This document shows positions 1 through 8,665 of a stretch of 64,000 bases of DNA, piece by piece. The position numbers and the translations under genes are program-made. The notes beneath the pieces are model-generated. The model ran no database searches and had not been told where the DNA came from. It saw only the letters and a program-made list of their open reading frames with translations. Origin of the DNA: Ignavibacteria bacterium RIFCSPLOWO2_12_FULL_56_21. GTDB taxonomy: Bacteria; Bacteroidota; Ignavibacteria; UBA10030. Location: the NCBI GenBank assembly GCA_001802945.1, contig MHAK01000077.1:37520-101519 (forward strand). Direction: 5' to 3'. Numbering within the stretch: the stretch's first letter is position 1; every line of letters starts with the position of its first letter.

Positions 1-524
1 ATGAACGCCCGGTAATTCCTGGCGAACGCATCTGCGTTCGACGGATCGACGGCTATTAGTCGGCGTTCAACATTCTCAGCAATGATGCGTATGTTGAACG
101 GATCGAGCCAGCAATGCGGATTTCCCTGCGGATGAATATCTCCCCACGATCGCGAGACCTCCGTCGGAAGCTCCTTTACGGGCACATTGATGGTGGCGAC
201 CAAATGACCGGAGCTTCCAGGCTGGATCTTTGGATTCCCGGACGCATCCAAAACGTTCTTGGCCCAAAGATCGAGATTGAGTCCATGTTCAATAAAGAGA
301 TCGGCGTTGTACGCGATCTGATTCATTCTTGGCGTAGGCGTGACATAGTGCGGGTCTTGCCGGGGATTTGCGAGCGCCACGACCGAAACATGGTCGCCTC
401 CAACCTGCTCTGCGACATACTTCAGGTAGCTCATCGTCGTCACGACACGCAGCGGCAGCGATCGTGCATGAAGCGATAGTCCAGCAACGAAGAACACCGC
501 ACAGCAAGTGAACTTACGTTTCAT
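1..524 (-). CDS. Metal (Zn/Mn-type) ABC-transporter substrate-binding protein, ZnuA/TroA family; 3' end runs off the window
   Basis: Absent from the ORF track because there is no stop in the window. Hand translation of the minus strand from ATG 524-522 stays open to position 1. It gives MKRKFTCCAVFFVAGLSLHA (signal-like) ..RVVTTMSYLKYVAEQVGGDHVSVVALANPRQDPHYVTPTP..WGDIHPQGNPHCWLDP. These match the VTT/VGGD, DPH-Y-P-P and GNPHxWLDP blocks of cluster-9 binding proteins. Confidence 0.75.
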   Translation of the reverse strand, partial: MKRKFTCCAVFFVAGLSLHARSLPLRVVTTMSYLKYVAEQVGGDHVSVVALANPRQDPHYVTPTPRMNQIAYNADLFIEHGLNLDLWAKNVLDASGNPKIQPGSSGHLVATINVPVKELPTEVSRSWGDIHPQGNPHCWLDPFNIRIIAENVERRLIAVDPSNADAFARNYRAF

Positions 525-540
525 GATCGTTCCTTGATGG

Positions 541-1875
541 TTACCGGTTGACCCAATAGGGTTCGGTCGGATGGGCTCCGAACACGAAGTTTATCTCGAG
601 ATTCGCGGTTGTCAGTTCGTCCAGCGTTTGAAGGTCACTTTGCCTGTGATCGACCCCGACACGGATTCTCAGAAATTCAGTAGTGTAATAGCTGATATAT
701 GCGGATAGAGCCTGAGTCCGTTTGCTCTCGTCGGCCGGTTCTTCCACTCTGTCGACACGAATCCCGGCATACAACGAGTACGACAACTGATATTGGATGT
801 ATCCAAACCATCCGGTTGGAGTCATCGTCACAGTACCCAATCCGGAATTCGGAAAAGCGTGCCATCCGGAGAAAGCCTCCCCTCCGACGACGAACGAGCG
901 TGAATCACGTCGCTCCGACGGGGACCATTTGTATAAAACGTCCACACCTACCATCGATGTCGTTGCGATCCCGTAGTTGTGATAACCGCTCGCGCCCAAA
1001 ACGAGAAGATGCTCATTGCTCCAGTCTGCCGAAACCGTCAGGTGGGCAAGCCACGCCGGCTGGTCGCCACCATGCCCTTGTGTCAAACCAATCTCCCCAC
1101 CGCGCAACATGTCGATGTTCATTTCGGCGGTCGTTCCGGGGATGATCGTGGGAAGGAAAAAATCAAGGTCAACGCCAGTCGGATTATATCCAGACTCGAA
1201 AAAGTCGCCATGTTCCGTTCCCAGGAATTTTGAAACCACAAGGGGCCTCGTAGTCCAAGGGAGGTCGTGCATATGAAGTCGATTATTCTGTCCGAATGGA
1301 GCCCTGAATTTTCCTACCTTCAATTTAAGACCGAGTGGGGCGCTCTCGAGAATGGGAAGACGTTTCATGATCCCATATGCTTCTTCGGGGTCCAACGCGA
1401 ATCCGGTGCCGGCCTCATCTTCAACCGCCAGAATGATAATTCCTTCTGCGTAGGGATCGACCGGCGCCCGAAGGTCTAGTTCTACGGATCTCAAGAACAT
1501 CTTGTTGCTGATCTCTGCGATCCCCTCTTCGTCGAACACCGCCCTGTCGTCCATTCGGGCTGAGAAATTAAGGAACGCTGTTGTCCGGGGATTGAAGACG
1601 ATCGGGGTTGTTGCACGCGAAGAAGCGTCGATCTTCTCCTCGAGTTGCTGCATTCGGCGCTCGAGCCTCTCGGCGACCTTGTCCAACATTTCGTCCGTAA
1701 TGCCTGTCGCGACCAGAGCCTTGAGACTGTCCAGTTGCGATCGTAAAGAATCGAGCTCGCGCTTCACGTCGTTGGAAGGCTGGCCATAAGCCGGCAGACA
1801 CATGAAGCACGCAAGCGTGATGAAGACGAATGCAAATCGAAAGTGCATGAAGGCACCAGAAAAAGATGACAGCAT
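541..1875 (-). CDS. Outer-membrane beta-barrel/porin-like protein with an N-terminal coiled-coil segment
   Basis: 444-aa ORF. It has a signal-like MHFRFAFVFITLACFMCLPAYG and a heptad-like KRELDSLRSQLDSLKALV..RLERRMQQLEEKI. The rest is G/Y/F-rich sequence with alternating hydrophobic residues up to the C-terminus. The stop lies 16 nt upstream of the znuA-like start. Confidence 0.55.
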   Translation of the reverse strand: MLSSFSGAFMHFRFAFVFITLACFMCLPAYGQPSNDVKRELDSLRSQLDSLKALVATGITDEMLDKVAERLERRMQQLEEKIDASSRATTPIVFNPRTTAFLNFSARMDDRAVFDEEGIAEISNKMFLRSVELDLRAPVDPYAEGIIILAVEDEAGTGFALDPEEAYGIMKRLPILESAPLGLKLKVGKFRAPFGQNNRLHMHDLPWTTRPLVVSKFLGTEHGDFFESGYNPTGVDLDFFLPTIIPGTTAEMNIDMLRGGEIGLTQGHGGDQPAWLAHLTVSADWSNEHLLVLGASGYHNYGIATTSMVGVDVLYKWSPSERRDSRSFVVGGEAFSGWHAFPNSGLGTVTMTPTGWFGYIQYQLSYSLYAGIRVDRVEEPADESKRTQALSAYISYYTTEFLRIRVGVDHRQSDLQTLDELTTANLEINFVFGAHPTEPYWVNR

Positions 1876-1955
1876 GAAGACCTCATGATCTCATCGGGCG
1901 TCCGAACCACGATGTCCGATGGTCGACGAGATCCGCGGAACGAGCTGCGTGCGCA

Positions 1956-1976
1956 ACAAGATCTCCAAGATCTTGT
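1956..1976. repeat. Inverted repeat ACAAGATCT-CCA-AGATCTTGT (equivalently tandem CAAGATCT x2) in the spacer upstream of the OMP gene
   Basis: Read directly: 9-bp arms and a 3-nt loop, with no T-tract on either side. Confidence 0.5.
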
Positions 1977-2036
1977 GCTCGTGAGCCCGAAGATCCCAGC
2001 GCCGATTGAGGTCGGGCGTGAAGTGCAGTGACGGAG

Positions 2037-2390
2037 TTACAGAGAGGCTACAGGCGGTCCCCGCTTGGAGGCGATTCCGAAGTAGTCTGTGAGGTGCTTA
2101 TGGCCAACATCGCGGCCATGGCGCAGCAAAAAGGTGCTGCGTTCAGGGTGCAAAAGAAGGCGATGTAGCGGAAGGTCGGCGTGTGCTTGCAGGCACAAAG
2201 CGCAATATTCGGAGTCTCCCCCTTCCCCCAATGCCGATGACGGGCTTCCCGTCCGGCCTTGGGCAAATGCGGGAGTGCTGTGATCGCGTCCAACCTTTCC
2301 AGGGTGTCCGTGAACTTGAAATTCCACGGCCGTGGAAAGGATGACGACTGCTAAAACGACGGTCACCGAACACTGGAGCGCTTTGTACAT
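2037..2390 (-). CDS. Small secreted His/Cys-rich protein, possibly DUF2946-like
   Basis: Longest ORF in a 600-nt gap. From Met7, MYKALQCSVTVVLAVVILSTAV looks like a signal peptide. The motif EYCALCLQAHADLPLH resembles the CxxC-hydrophobic-H..LP pattern I recall for DUF2946 proteins found next to metal-uptake receptors. Overlapping shadow ORFs make the coding status uncertain. Confidence 0.4.
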   Translation of the reverse strand: MYKALQCSVTVVLAVVILSTAVEFQVHGHPGKVGRDHSTPAFAQGRTGSPSSALGEGGDSEYCALCLQAHADLPLHRLLLHPERSTFLLRHGRDVGHKHLTDYFGIASKRGPPVASL

Positions 2391-2527
2391 TACGAAAATA
2401 TACCGCACATGCCTCCCAAAATCAATAAACGAAAAGCCTTTTCAGCAGTAGATTCAAGATCGATGCGTTCAGGTTGGATATTTTGCTTTTCACGGCAAGA
2501 ACGATTACTTTTTTCGAGGAGTGCCAA

Positions 2528-3058
2528 ATGAGAATATTCGGCAGTTTCATTGTGACGACGTTCATCTGGTCGATGACCTTTGCCCAGGGACCGGCTCTCG
2601 GCGAAATGGCGCCCGATTTTTCCCTCAGGTATGCGACAAAAGATTCCATTGCCTCATCGCCGCTCATTCTATCGAAAGAGACGGGGAAAAATGTCGTTAT
2701 CCTGGCCTTCTATCCGGCTGATTGGAGCTCAGGATGCACCAAGGAAGTCTGTGCACTGCGCGATGATTTCGGAAATCTACGGAAGCTCAATGCCGATGTT
2801 CTTGCCATAAGCGGCGACTATGTGTACTCCCATTTTGAATGGGCAAAGCACCATGAGCTACCCTTCCGTCTGCTGAGCGATCACAACCATGCGGTTGCAA
2901 CGGCATATGCCAGTTTCAATGAATCGACTGGTTACAATCGACGCACCGTGTTCGTCATCGATCGGGCCGGGAAGCTCGCATACGCCGACCTCGAATACAG
3001 CGTCCGGGACAGCCAGGATTTCGATCGACTGAAGCAGGCCGTTGCAGAGCTCCCATAG
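2528..3058 (+). CDS. Peroxiredoxin, Bcp/PrxQ-type, secreted or periplasmic
   Basis: Start moved to ATG 2528, which is preceded by GGAG. The N-terminus MRIFGSFIVTTFIWSMTFAQG is signal-like. Active-site block: ILAFYPADWSSGCTKEVCAL (Cys-x4-Cys). Confidence 0.9.
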   Translation: MRIFGSFIVTTFIWSMTFAQGPALGEMAPDFSLRYATKDSIASSPLILSKETGKNVVILAFYPADWSSGCTKEVCALRDDFGNLRKLNADVLAISGDYVYSHFEWAKHHELPFRLLSDHNHAVATAYASFNESTGYNRRTVFVIDRAGKLAYADLEYSVRDSQDFDRLKQAVAELP

Positions 3059-3078
3059 GGTGTTGTTCCAAAGCCCTC

Positions 3079-5163
3079 ATGAGCTCCACTCCCCATAATC
3101 GACTGGCGGACCAGACCAGTCCCTACCTTCGAACTGCATCCCGACAACCTGTTCACTGGTTCCCGTGGGGAACTGAAGCGTTTGAAACCGCGCGAACACT
3201 CGACAGGCCAATCCTTCTGGACATCGGCGCTGTGTGGTGCCACTGGTGTCATGTTATGGACCAGGAAAGTTACGAGAACCTCGAGATCGCGCACCTCATC
3301 AACGATCGTTACATTCCGATCAAAGTGGACCGTGACGAACGCCCCGATATCGATTCCCGGTATCAAATTGCAGTTGGAGCAATGACGGGCCAGGGCGGAT
3401 GGCCTCTGACAGTTTTTCTTCTACCCGACGGTCGTTCGTTCTTCGGAGGTACGTACTTTCCCCCCGACGATCGGTACGGTCGTCCCGGATTCCCCCGGGT
3501 GCTAGAAATGCTGGCAGAAGCATATGCCCGCGAACACGACAGGGTTGCGGCAAATGCCAGTGCCGTGATGGAAGCTGTCCAGCAAGCTTCCGTACGTGCG
3601 GGAGCGAACAGTCTTCCCGGTGCAGAGACCATCGACCTTGCTCTCGGTGCACTTGCCCGCGCCTACGACGCGCGTCATGGTGGGTTTGGAGGATCTCCGA
3701 AATTTCCTCATGCACCGGCGATCGAATTTCTCCTCACATCCTACCGACGAAAACCCGAGACCTGGATGCTTGATGCCGTCAGAAAGACTCTATCGGCAAT
3801 GGCGGAAGGCGGGATGTACGACCACCTCGGCGGGGGATTTCATCGCTATAGCACCGATGAGCGTTGGACCGTACCGCATTTCGAAAAAATGCTCTACGAC
3901 CAGTCCCAGCTCATGTCGGTCTATGCCGACACGCACCGATTGACACATGATCCCCGATTTCGGCGCGTCGCATTGGAGACGGCAGGCTACTGCCTCCGTG
4001 CACTCTACGACAGCGATCGCGGCGGATTTGGTGGAAGTCAGGATGCGGACGTAGCGCCAGGCGACGACGGTTCCTACTACACATGGACGGAACATGCGCT
4101 GAACGAGCTGCCGGCAAGAGTACGCGCCGTTGTCCGACTGCGGTATCATGTTCATGATCGAGGCGAAATGCCGCACGACCAGTCGCACCACGTGCTCTTC
4201 CTCGACAAAGGACACGAAGAGATTGCCGAATTGCTTCACCTTCAGCGATCGGATATGAATGAGATAGTACATGAAGCGCAGCTAAGCATGATGCAGCTCC
4301 GGAATCTGCGACAGGAACCATACGTCGATCGGACGGTGTATGCATCGTGGAACGGCATGATGATTTCCGCACTCTGCCGAGTATTTGCGGAATTCCACGA
4401 ACCTGCCCACCGGGCCGCAGCACTCCTGACTGCACAAAGGCTTGCGAAAGAATTTCAGAGATCCGATGGACTTGTGACGCACACGCCTCCCTCTCGTGGA
4501 GGCATTCCGTTTCTCGACGACCAGGTTTTTGTCGCGCAAGGATTTCTCGATCTGCATGCCGTGACAGGAGATATGACGTGGCTGTCGACGGCAGAACAAC
4601 TTCTGCGCTCGACGATAGTGGCATTCGGCGATCCGGAAGGGGGTTTCTACGACCTTCTCCAGGGATCCGTCGGCCCCGGATATCTATCTTCCCGTTCAAA
4701 GCCAATCCAGGATGCTCCAACGCCGGGGGCAAACGCAGCCGCCATAAGACTGTGCCTCCGATTCCATCAGATCACGGGCGATGATCGATTCCGTGAGACA
4801 GCCGAACGATCTCTCCGCATATTTGCCGGAATGTCTGCGGAGCACGCGCTCTTCCATTCGACATATCTGCTTGCTCTTCTTGAGTATCTGGACCCGCCGC
4901 AACATATTGTCCTCATTGGCGACACAAAGGCCGCCGAACAGTTGCGGACGACGGCACTGACGTGGGCTAAGCCCGGGGCGATCATTACGTCCTACGACTC
5001 CGGCGATTCGGATCTCTTGCCGCCGTACCTTCGGTCATTGCTGATCGACGGCGGCTCCCCGGTTGCTTTGCTCTGTTCGAAATTCGCGTGTTCGACTCTC
5101 GTTGGCACACCAGCAGATCTCCAGCGATTGTTCCAAATATCGACTCCGACCAACTCCCACTAA
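3079..5163 (+). CDS. Thioredoxin-domain protein, DUF255/YyaL family
   Basis: 694 aa. The head HWFPWGTEAFETARTLDRPILLDIGAVWCHWCHVM is typical of the family. A long alpha-helical C-terminal region follows. Confidence 0.88.
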   Translation: MSSTPHNRLADQTSPYLRTASRQPVHWFPWGTEAFETARTLDRPILLDIGAVWCHWCHVMDQESYENLEIAHLINDRYIPIKVDRDERPDIDSRYQIAVGAMTGQGGWPLTVFLLPDGRSFFGGTYFPPDDRYGRPGFPRVLEMLAEAYAREHDRVAANASAVMEAVQQASVRAGANSLPGAETIDLALGALARAYDARHGGFGGSPKFPHAPAIEFLLTSYRRKPETWMLDAVRKTLSAMAEGGMYDHLGGGFHRYSTDERWTVPHFEKMLYDQSQLMSVYADTHRLTHDPRFRRVALETAGYCLRALYDSDRGGFGGSQDADVAPGDDGSYYTWTEHALNELPARVRAVVRLRYHVHDRGEMPHDQSHHVLFLDKGHEEIAELLHLQRSDMNEIVHEAQLSMMQLRNLRQEPYVDRTVYASWNGMMISALCRVFAEFHEPAHRAAALLTAQRLAKEFQRSDGLVTHTPPSRGGIPFLDDQVFVAQGFLDLHAVTGDMTWLSTAEQLLRSTIVAFGDPEGGFYDLLQGSVGPGYLSSRSKPIQDAPTPGANAAAIRLCLRFHQITGDDRFRETAERSLRIFAGMSAEHALFHSTYLLALLEYLDPPQHIVLIGDTKAAEQLRTTALTWAKPGAIITSYDSGDSDLLPPYLRSLLIDGGSPVALLCSKFACSTLVGTPADLQRLFQISTPTNSH

Positions 5164-5175
5164 GAAGGATCTGTC

Positions 5176-6216
5176 ATGCGCAGGAATTACGTATTGTTCT
5201 CAGCACTGTTCGCAGTTCACATTGCCTCAGGTCAGGTTCCGGACAGCCTGCGCTCCCCCAATGAACGGCATCTTAAGAACGTACGACAATTGACGCTTGG
5301 AGGGACGAATGCCGAAGGATACTTCTCGTTCGATTCTCAGAGGCTCGTGTTTCAGTCGACCCGGGATCCATATGGCTGCGACCAGATCTTCACAATGAAC
5401 ATAGACGGCTCCGACCAGCGATTGGTGAGCACAGGCAAAGGAGTTACCACCTGCGCGTTCTTTCTGCCGGACGGAAAACGCATCCTGTATGCCGGCACCC
5501 ACGCTTCCAACGTCGACTGTATCCCTCGCCCGGACAAATCGAAAGGGTATGTCTGGGGAGTCTACGGGGCTTACGACATCTATACCGTGAACGTCGACGG
5601 GTCGGACCTTCGTGTACTTACCTCGACTCCCTGGTACGATGCTGAAGCGACGGTAGCGCCGAACGGGAAAAAGATCGTCTTCACGTCATCGCGGGACGGC
5701 GACTTGGACCTCTATACCATGAACCTTGACGGGTCGGACATTCGCCGGGTCACGAACGAGTTGGGCTATGACGGCGGCGCTTTCTTTTCGTGGAGCGGCA
5801 AGCGCATTGTATACCGGGGCTTCCACCACACCGACAGTGCATCTGTCGCGGAGTACAAAAGGTTGTTGGCAGAACAGCTTGTGCGGCCGACGCGCATGGA
5901 GATCTTTGTGAGCAACGACGACGGGACGGACAGGAAGCAATTGACGAACAACGGTGCGGCGAATTTTGCCCCCTTCTTCCATCCCGACGATGCCCGCATC
6001 ATCTTCGCATCGAACATGAACGATCCTGCCGGCCGGGGTTTCCATCTCTATGTCATGAAGGACGACGGATCCGTTATGGAACAGGTGACCTCTGGCGGGT
6101 CCTTCAACGCCTTTCCGATGTTCTCTCACGACGGCTCAAAGCTCGTTTTCGTGTCTGATCGCAACGCTAAAGGCCGGTATGAGTTCAATATCTTCATTGC
6201 TGACTGGATCGACTAA
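5176..6216 (+). CDS. PD40/TolB-like beta-propeller repeat protein, secreted
   Basis: Signal-like N-terminus. Repeated blades are visible, e.g. KIVFTSSRDGDLDLYTMNLDGSDIRRVT and KLVFVSDRNAKGRYEFNIFIADW. Confidence 0.8.
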   Translation: MRRNYVLFSALFAVHIASGQVPDSLRSPNERHLKNVRQLTLGGTNAEGYFSFDSQRLVFQSTRDPYGCDQIFTMNIDGSDQRLVSTGKGVTTCAFFLPDGKRILYAGTHASNVDCIPRPDKSKGYVWGVYGAYDIYTVNVDGSDLRVLTSTPWYDAEATVAPNGKKIVFTSSRDGDLDLYTMNLDGSDIRRVTNELGYDGGAFFSWSGKRIVYRGFHHTDSASVAEYKRLLAEQLVRPTRMEIFVSNDDGTDRKQLTNNGAANFAPFFHPDDARIIFASNMNDPAGRGFHLYVMKDDGSVMEQVTSGGSFNAFPMFSHDGSKLVFVSDRNAKGRYEFNIFIADWID

Positions 6217-6229
6217 CGGGAGCCACCGA

Positions 6230-6964
6230 ATGAAACTCAAGGGAAAACGCGTAATGATCACCGGGGCGTCCAAAGGACTTGGGCGCGCGTTGGCGGTGCG
6301 GTTTGCTGCCGAAGGAGCTGACCTAGCGTTGTGCGCAAGGTCGGGAAAAGCGCTTGAAGAACTTCACAATTCTCTTATCTCCACAGGAGTCCGCGTTGTT
6401 GCCGTGCAGTGCGATGTGGCAAACTCCGTCCAGGTGCAATCGTTCGTGGAAAAAGTCGCAGCCGAACTCGGAGACGTCGACGTGCTCATCAATAATGCAT
6501 CGCGACTGGGTGAACGGACGACCGTCGTCGATTATCCTATCGGGGAATGGGACGACGTGATCCAAACGAATGTGCATGGCCCGTTCTTCCTTACTCGCCT
6601 GATCGTGCCGCCAATGATGAAACGCGGATCGGGATCGATCATCAATGTCAGTTCGTCGGTCGGCCGTGCCGGAAGAAAGCTGTGGGGTGCCTATTCGGTG
6701 TCGAAGTTCGCGCTAGAAGGATTCACACAGGTCTTGTCCGAAGAATTGCGACCGTTCAACATTCGCGTCAACTCGGTCAATCCCGGTCCCATGTCAACCG
6801 AGATGCGCAAGAAGGCTTATCCGAACGAAGACCCGGCCTCCCTGCGCACTCCCGACCAGGTCACGGATGTCTTCGTGTATCTCGCATCCGACGATGGGAT
6901 AGGAATTTCCGGACAATCGCTGGACGCTACTTCATTCGTCGCCAATCCTGGACTCCTCTCATGA
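6230..6964 (+). CDS. SDR-family oxidoreductase
   Basis: Start moved to ATG 6230 (MKLKGKRVMITGASKGLGRA). Contains the NNAS motif and the YSVSK (YxxxK) catalytic motif. Confidence 0.9.
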   Translation: MKLKGKRVMITGASKGLGRALAVRFAAEGADLALCARSGKALEELHNSLISTGVRVVAVQCDVANSVQVQSFVEKVAAELGDVDVLINNASRLGERTTVVDYPIGEWDDVIQTNVHGPFFLTRLIVPPMMKRGSGSIINVSSSVGRAGRKLWGAYSVSKFALEGFTQVLSEELRPFNIRVNSVNPGPMSTEMRKKAYPNEDPASLRTPDQVTDVFVYLASDDGIGISGQSLDATSFVANPGLLS

Positions 6965-6974
6965 CAATGTTACG

Positions 6975-7499
6975 ATGCACATCGCTGTTCGTCATTACCG
7001 TATCGACCATTCCTCCTTCTACGCTCAGAAGATCCCCGTCATGCACTTCTTTGCGGATCTACACGCTGAGTATCATCAGCCGACAGACGATGTCGAGCTT
7101 GTTCGCGCCGAGACTGTAGAACCGGTGTTGCAGTCTATCGCGAGTATTGCGACGGCATTGGCAGATGCGCCGGAAAAACCCCGCTATCTGGTAGCGGAAC
7201 AATCCCGACCCCAGGGGCAGGGACGGGGATTCAGCGTATGGGCAGGAACCATACCGAATGATGCGGAACAGTCAAACGGGATGAAAATCTCGGGCGTAAG
7301 CCCGAACAGTCCGGCGGAAAAATCCGGACTTCAGGCAGGGGACGTGATTGTGAAGTTTGGGAAGGTTGATGTGCGAAACGTGTCTGATTACACGTATGCA
7401 CCGGGAGAATACAAGCCCGGCGACGTCTTGGAGATCGTCGTCGTTCGCGGTTCAGTGCAGAAGGTGGTGAACGTAACGCTGGTAAAGAGAAACAGATAG
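6975..7499 (+). pseudogene. C-terminal remnant of an M28-family peptidase fused to an intact-looking PDZ domain
   Basis: The 174-aa ORF begins inside the last conserved M28 block (IDHSSFYAQKIPVMHFFADLHAEYHQPTDD; compare SDH..F...IPV..FFTG.H.DYH.P.D). It continues into a PDZ-like GMKISGVSPNSPAEKSGLQAGDVIVKFG. There is no signal peptide. The upstream DNA is occupied by the SDR gene, so the catalytic N-terminal part is absent. Confidence 0.55.
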
Positions 7500-7518
7500 T
7501 GACCGGCCCGGTGGACTG

Positions 7519-7815
7519 TCACACCTCGACCATCGTAACATAACGGGCCTTTCCCCCTACCATAAATTGCTCGAGGCGGTTGACGAGTTCTTCGCCCCGC
7601 TCTGTCATGTCGTCTTCGAGTGCGTCGAACTCTTCCTTTGAACCGCACACAAATTGTTCGACGAAAGCATTCGGCTTCCCCTTCACTTCGAAGATCGCAT
7701 AGTGTTTCTTGAGTTCACCCGCGAAGTGCGCTTTCAGGTCCGACGCAAGTGCAAGGAATTGCGTTCTCCGCTGCGGATCGATCTCGTAGGATATCTGGAG
7801 TATGTGTGTTGCCAT
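7519..7815 (-). CDS. Hypothetical small protein (98 aa)
   Basis: Clean ORF with an ATG start, convergent with the M28/PDZ remnant. No motif recognised. Confidence 0.55.
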   Translation of the reverse strand: MATHILQISYEIDPQRRTQFLALASDLKAHFAGELKKHYAIFEVKGKPNAFVEQFVCGSKEEFDALEDDMTERGEELVNRLEQFMVGGKARYVTMVEV

Positions 7816-7861
7816 GGTGTTCAGTCAGAGCGTGTACATAGTCACGGCCGTCATTCGGCCA

Positions 7862-8578
7862 TTAAGACATGTGCAGCAATCCTTCGTAGATCTTTCTCGT
7901 CGCCCACCACCATCCTGTTCCTGCGGCTGCAATAACGATCAGTGACGCCAGTGCCGACTTGATCCCGGTCAATCGGCATGATCGAGCTGTTCCCGACATC
8001 AACAATCCGATCGACCAGATCAGCACCAGGCTTTGCAGGACGACAAGTGCCCAATACGAAACCGGTTTTATGGTCGCCGCCGGGGGGTTTGACGTGAAGT
8101 AATACATGCCGAACGTGAGAAGTTGGATCAGCAAGAGCACAAGTCCAATGATCGCACCGGGGGCCAATGCGTACGACGTCACACCAAGGGACGTTCGAAA
8201 GCTCCAGGCTCCGCCCAGCAATCGCACAACCAGGGCGTGCACCACAGACACTACAGGCGCCGAAACGAGTCCCATGAAAACCCCTCCGGCCAGTACTGCA
8301 AACATCGCTTCGAGCAGCGTTGGGAAGAGTTCGCCGGCACGAAAGAGCGATGCCATCGATGCAAGTGCGGGAATACCGGCGGTGGCAAAGAGCAAGAATG
8401 CGTAGTTTTTATGCTCCGAACGTGCGATGACATGAAACGTTTTTCCCGGCGATTCTACCAACCCCCAAAGCGTGTTGAACAAATCAAGGGATGGGACTCT
8501 GTCTTGAAGGTACGCTCGGCAAGAACGGCAAAGCGTGGCAGTATCGGGATTTTCGGCCGCACAGATCGGGCAAATCAT
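7862..8578 (-). CDS. Yip1-like multi-pass membrane protein with an N-terminal zinc ribbon
   Basis: Starts MICPICAAENPDTATLCRSCRAY (CxxC..CxxC), followed by about five hydrophobic helices. Confidence 0.7.
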   Translation of the reverse strand: MICPICAAENPDTATLCRSCRAYLQDRVPSLDLFNTLWGLVESPGKTFHVIARSEHKNYAFLLFATAGIPALASMASLFRAGELFPTLLEAMFAVLAGGVFMGLVSAPVVSVVHALVVRLLGGAWSFRTSLGVTSYALAPGAIIGLVLLLIQLLTFGMYYFTSNPPAATIKPVSYWALVVLQSLVLIWSIGLLMSGTARSCRLTGIKSALASLIVIAAAGTGWWWATRKIYEGLLHMS

Positions 8579-8665
8579 GCTTTATGCGTTGAAAAGGACA
8601 AGTGATCTTTGAAAAAGATACGGAGAAAAGCCTGTTCTTACAAAGGGTTTTTGATGCGGGAAATT

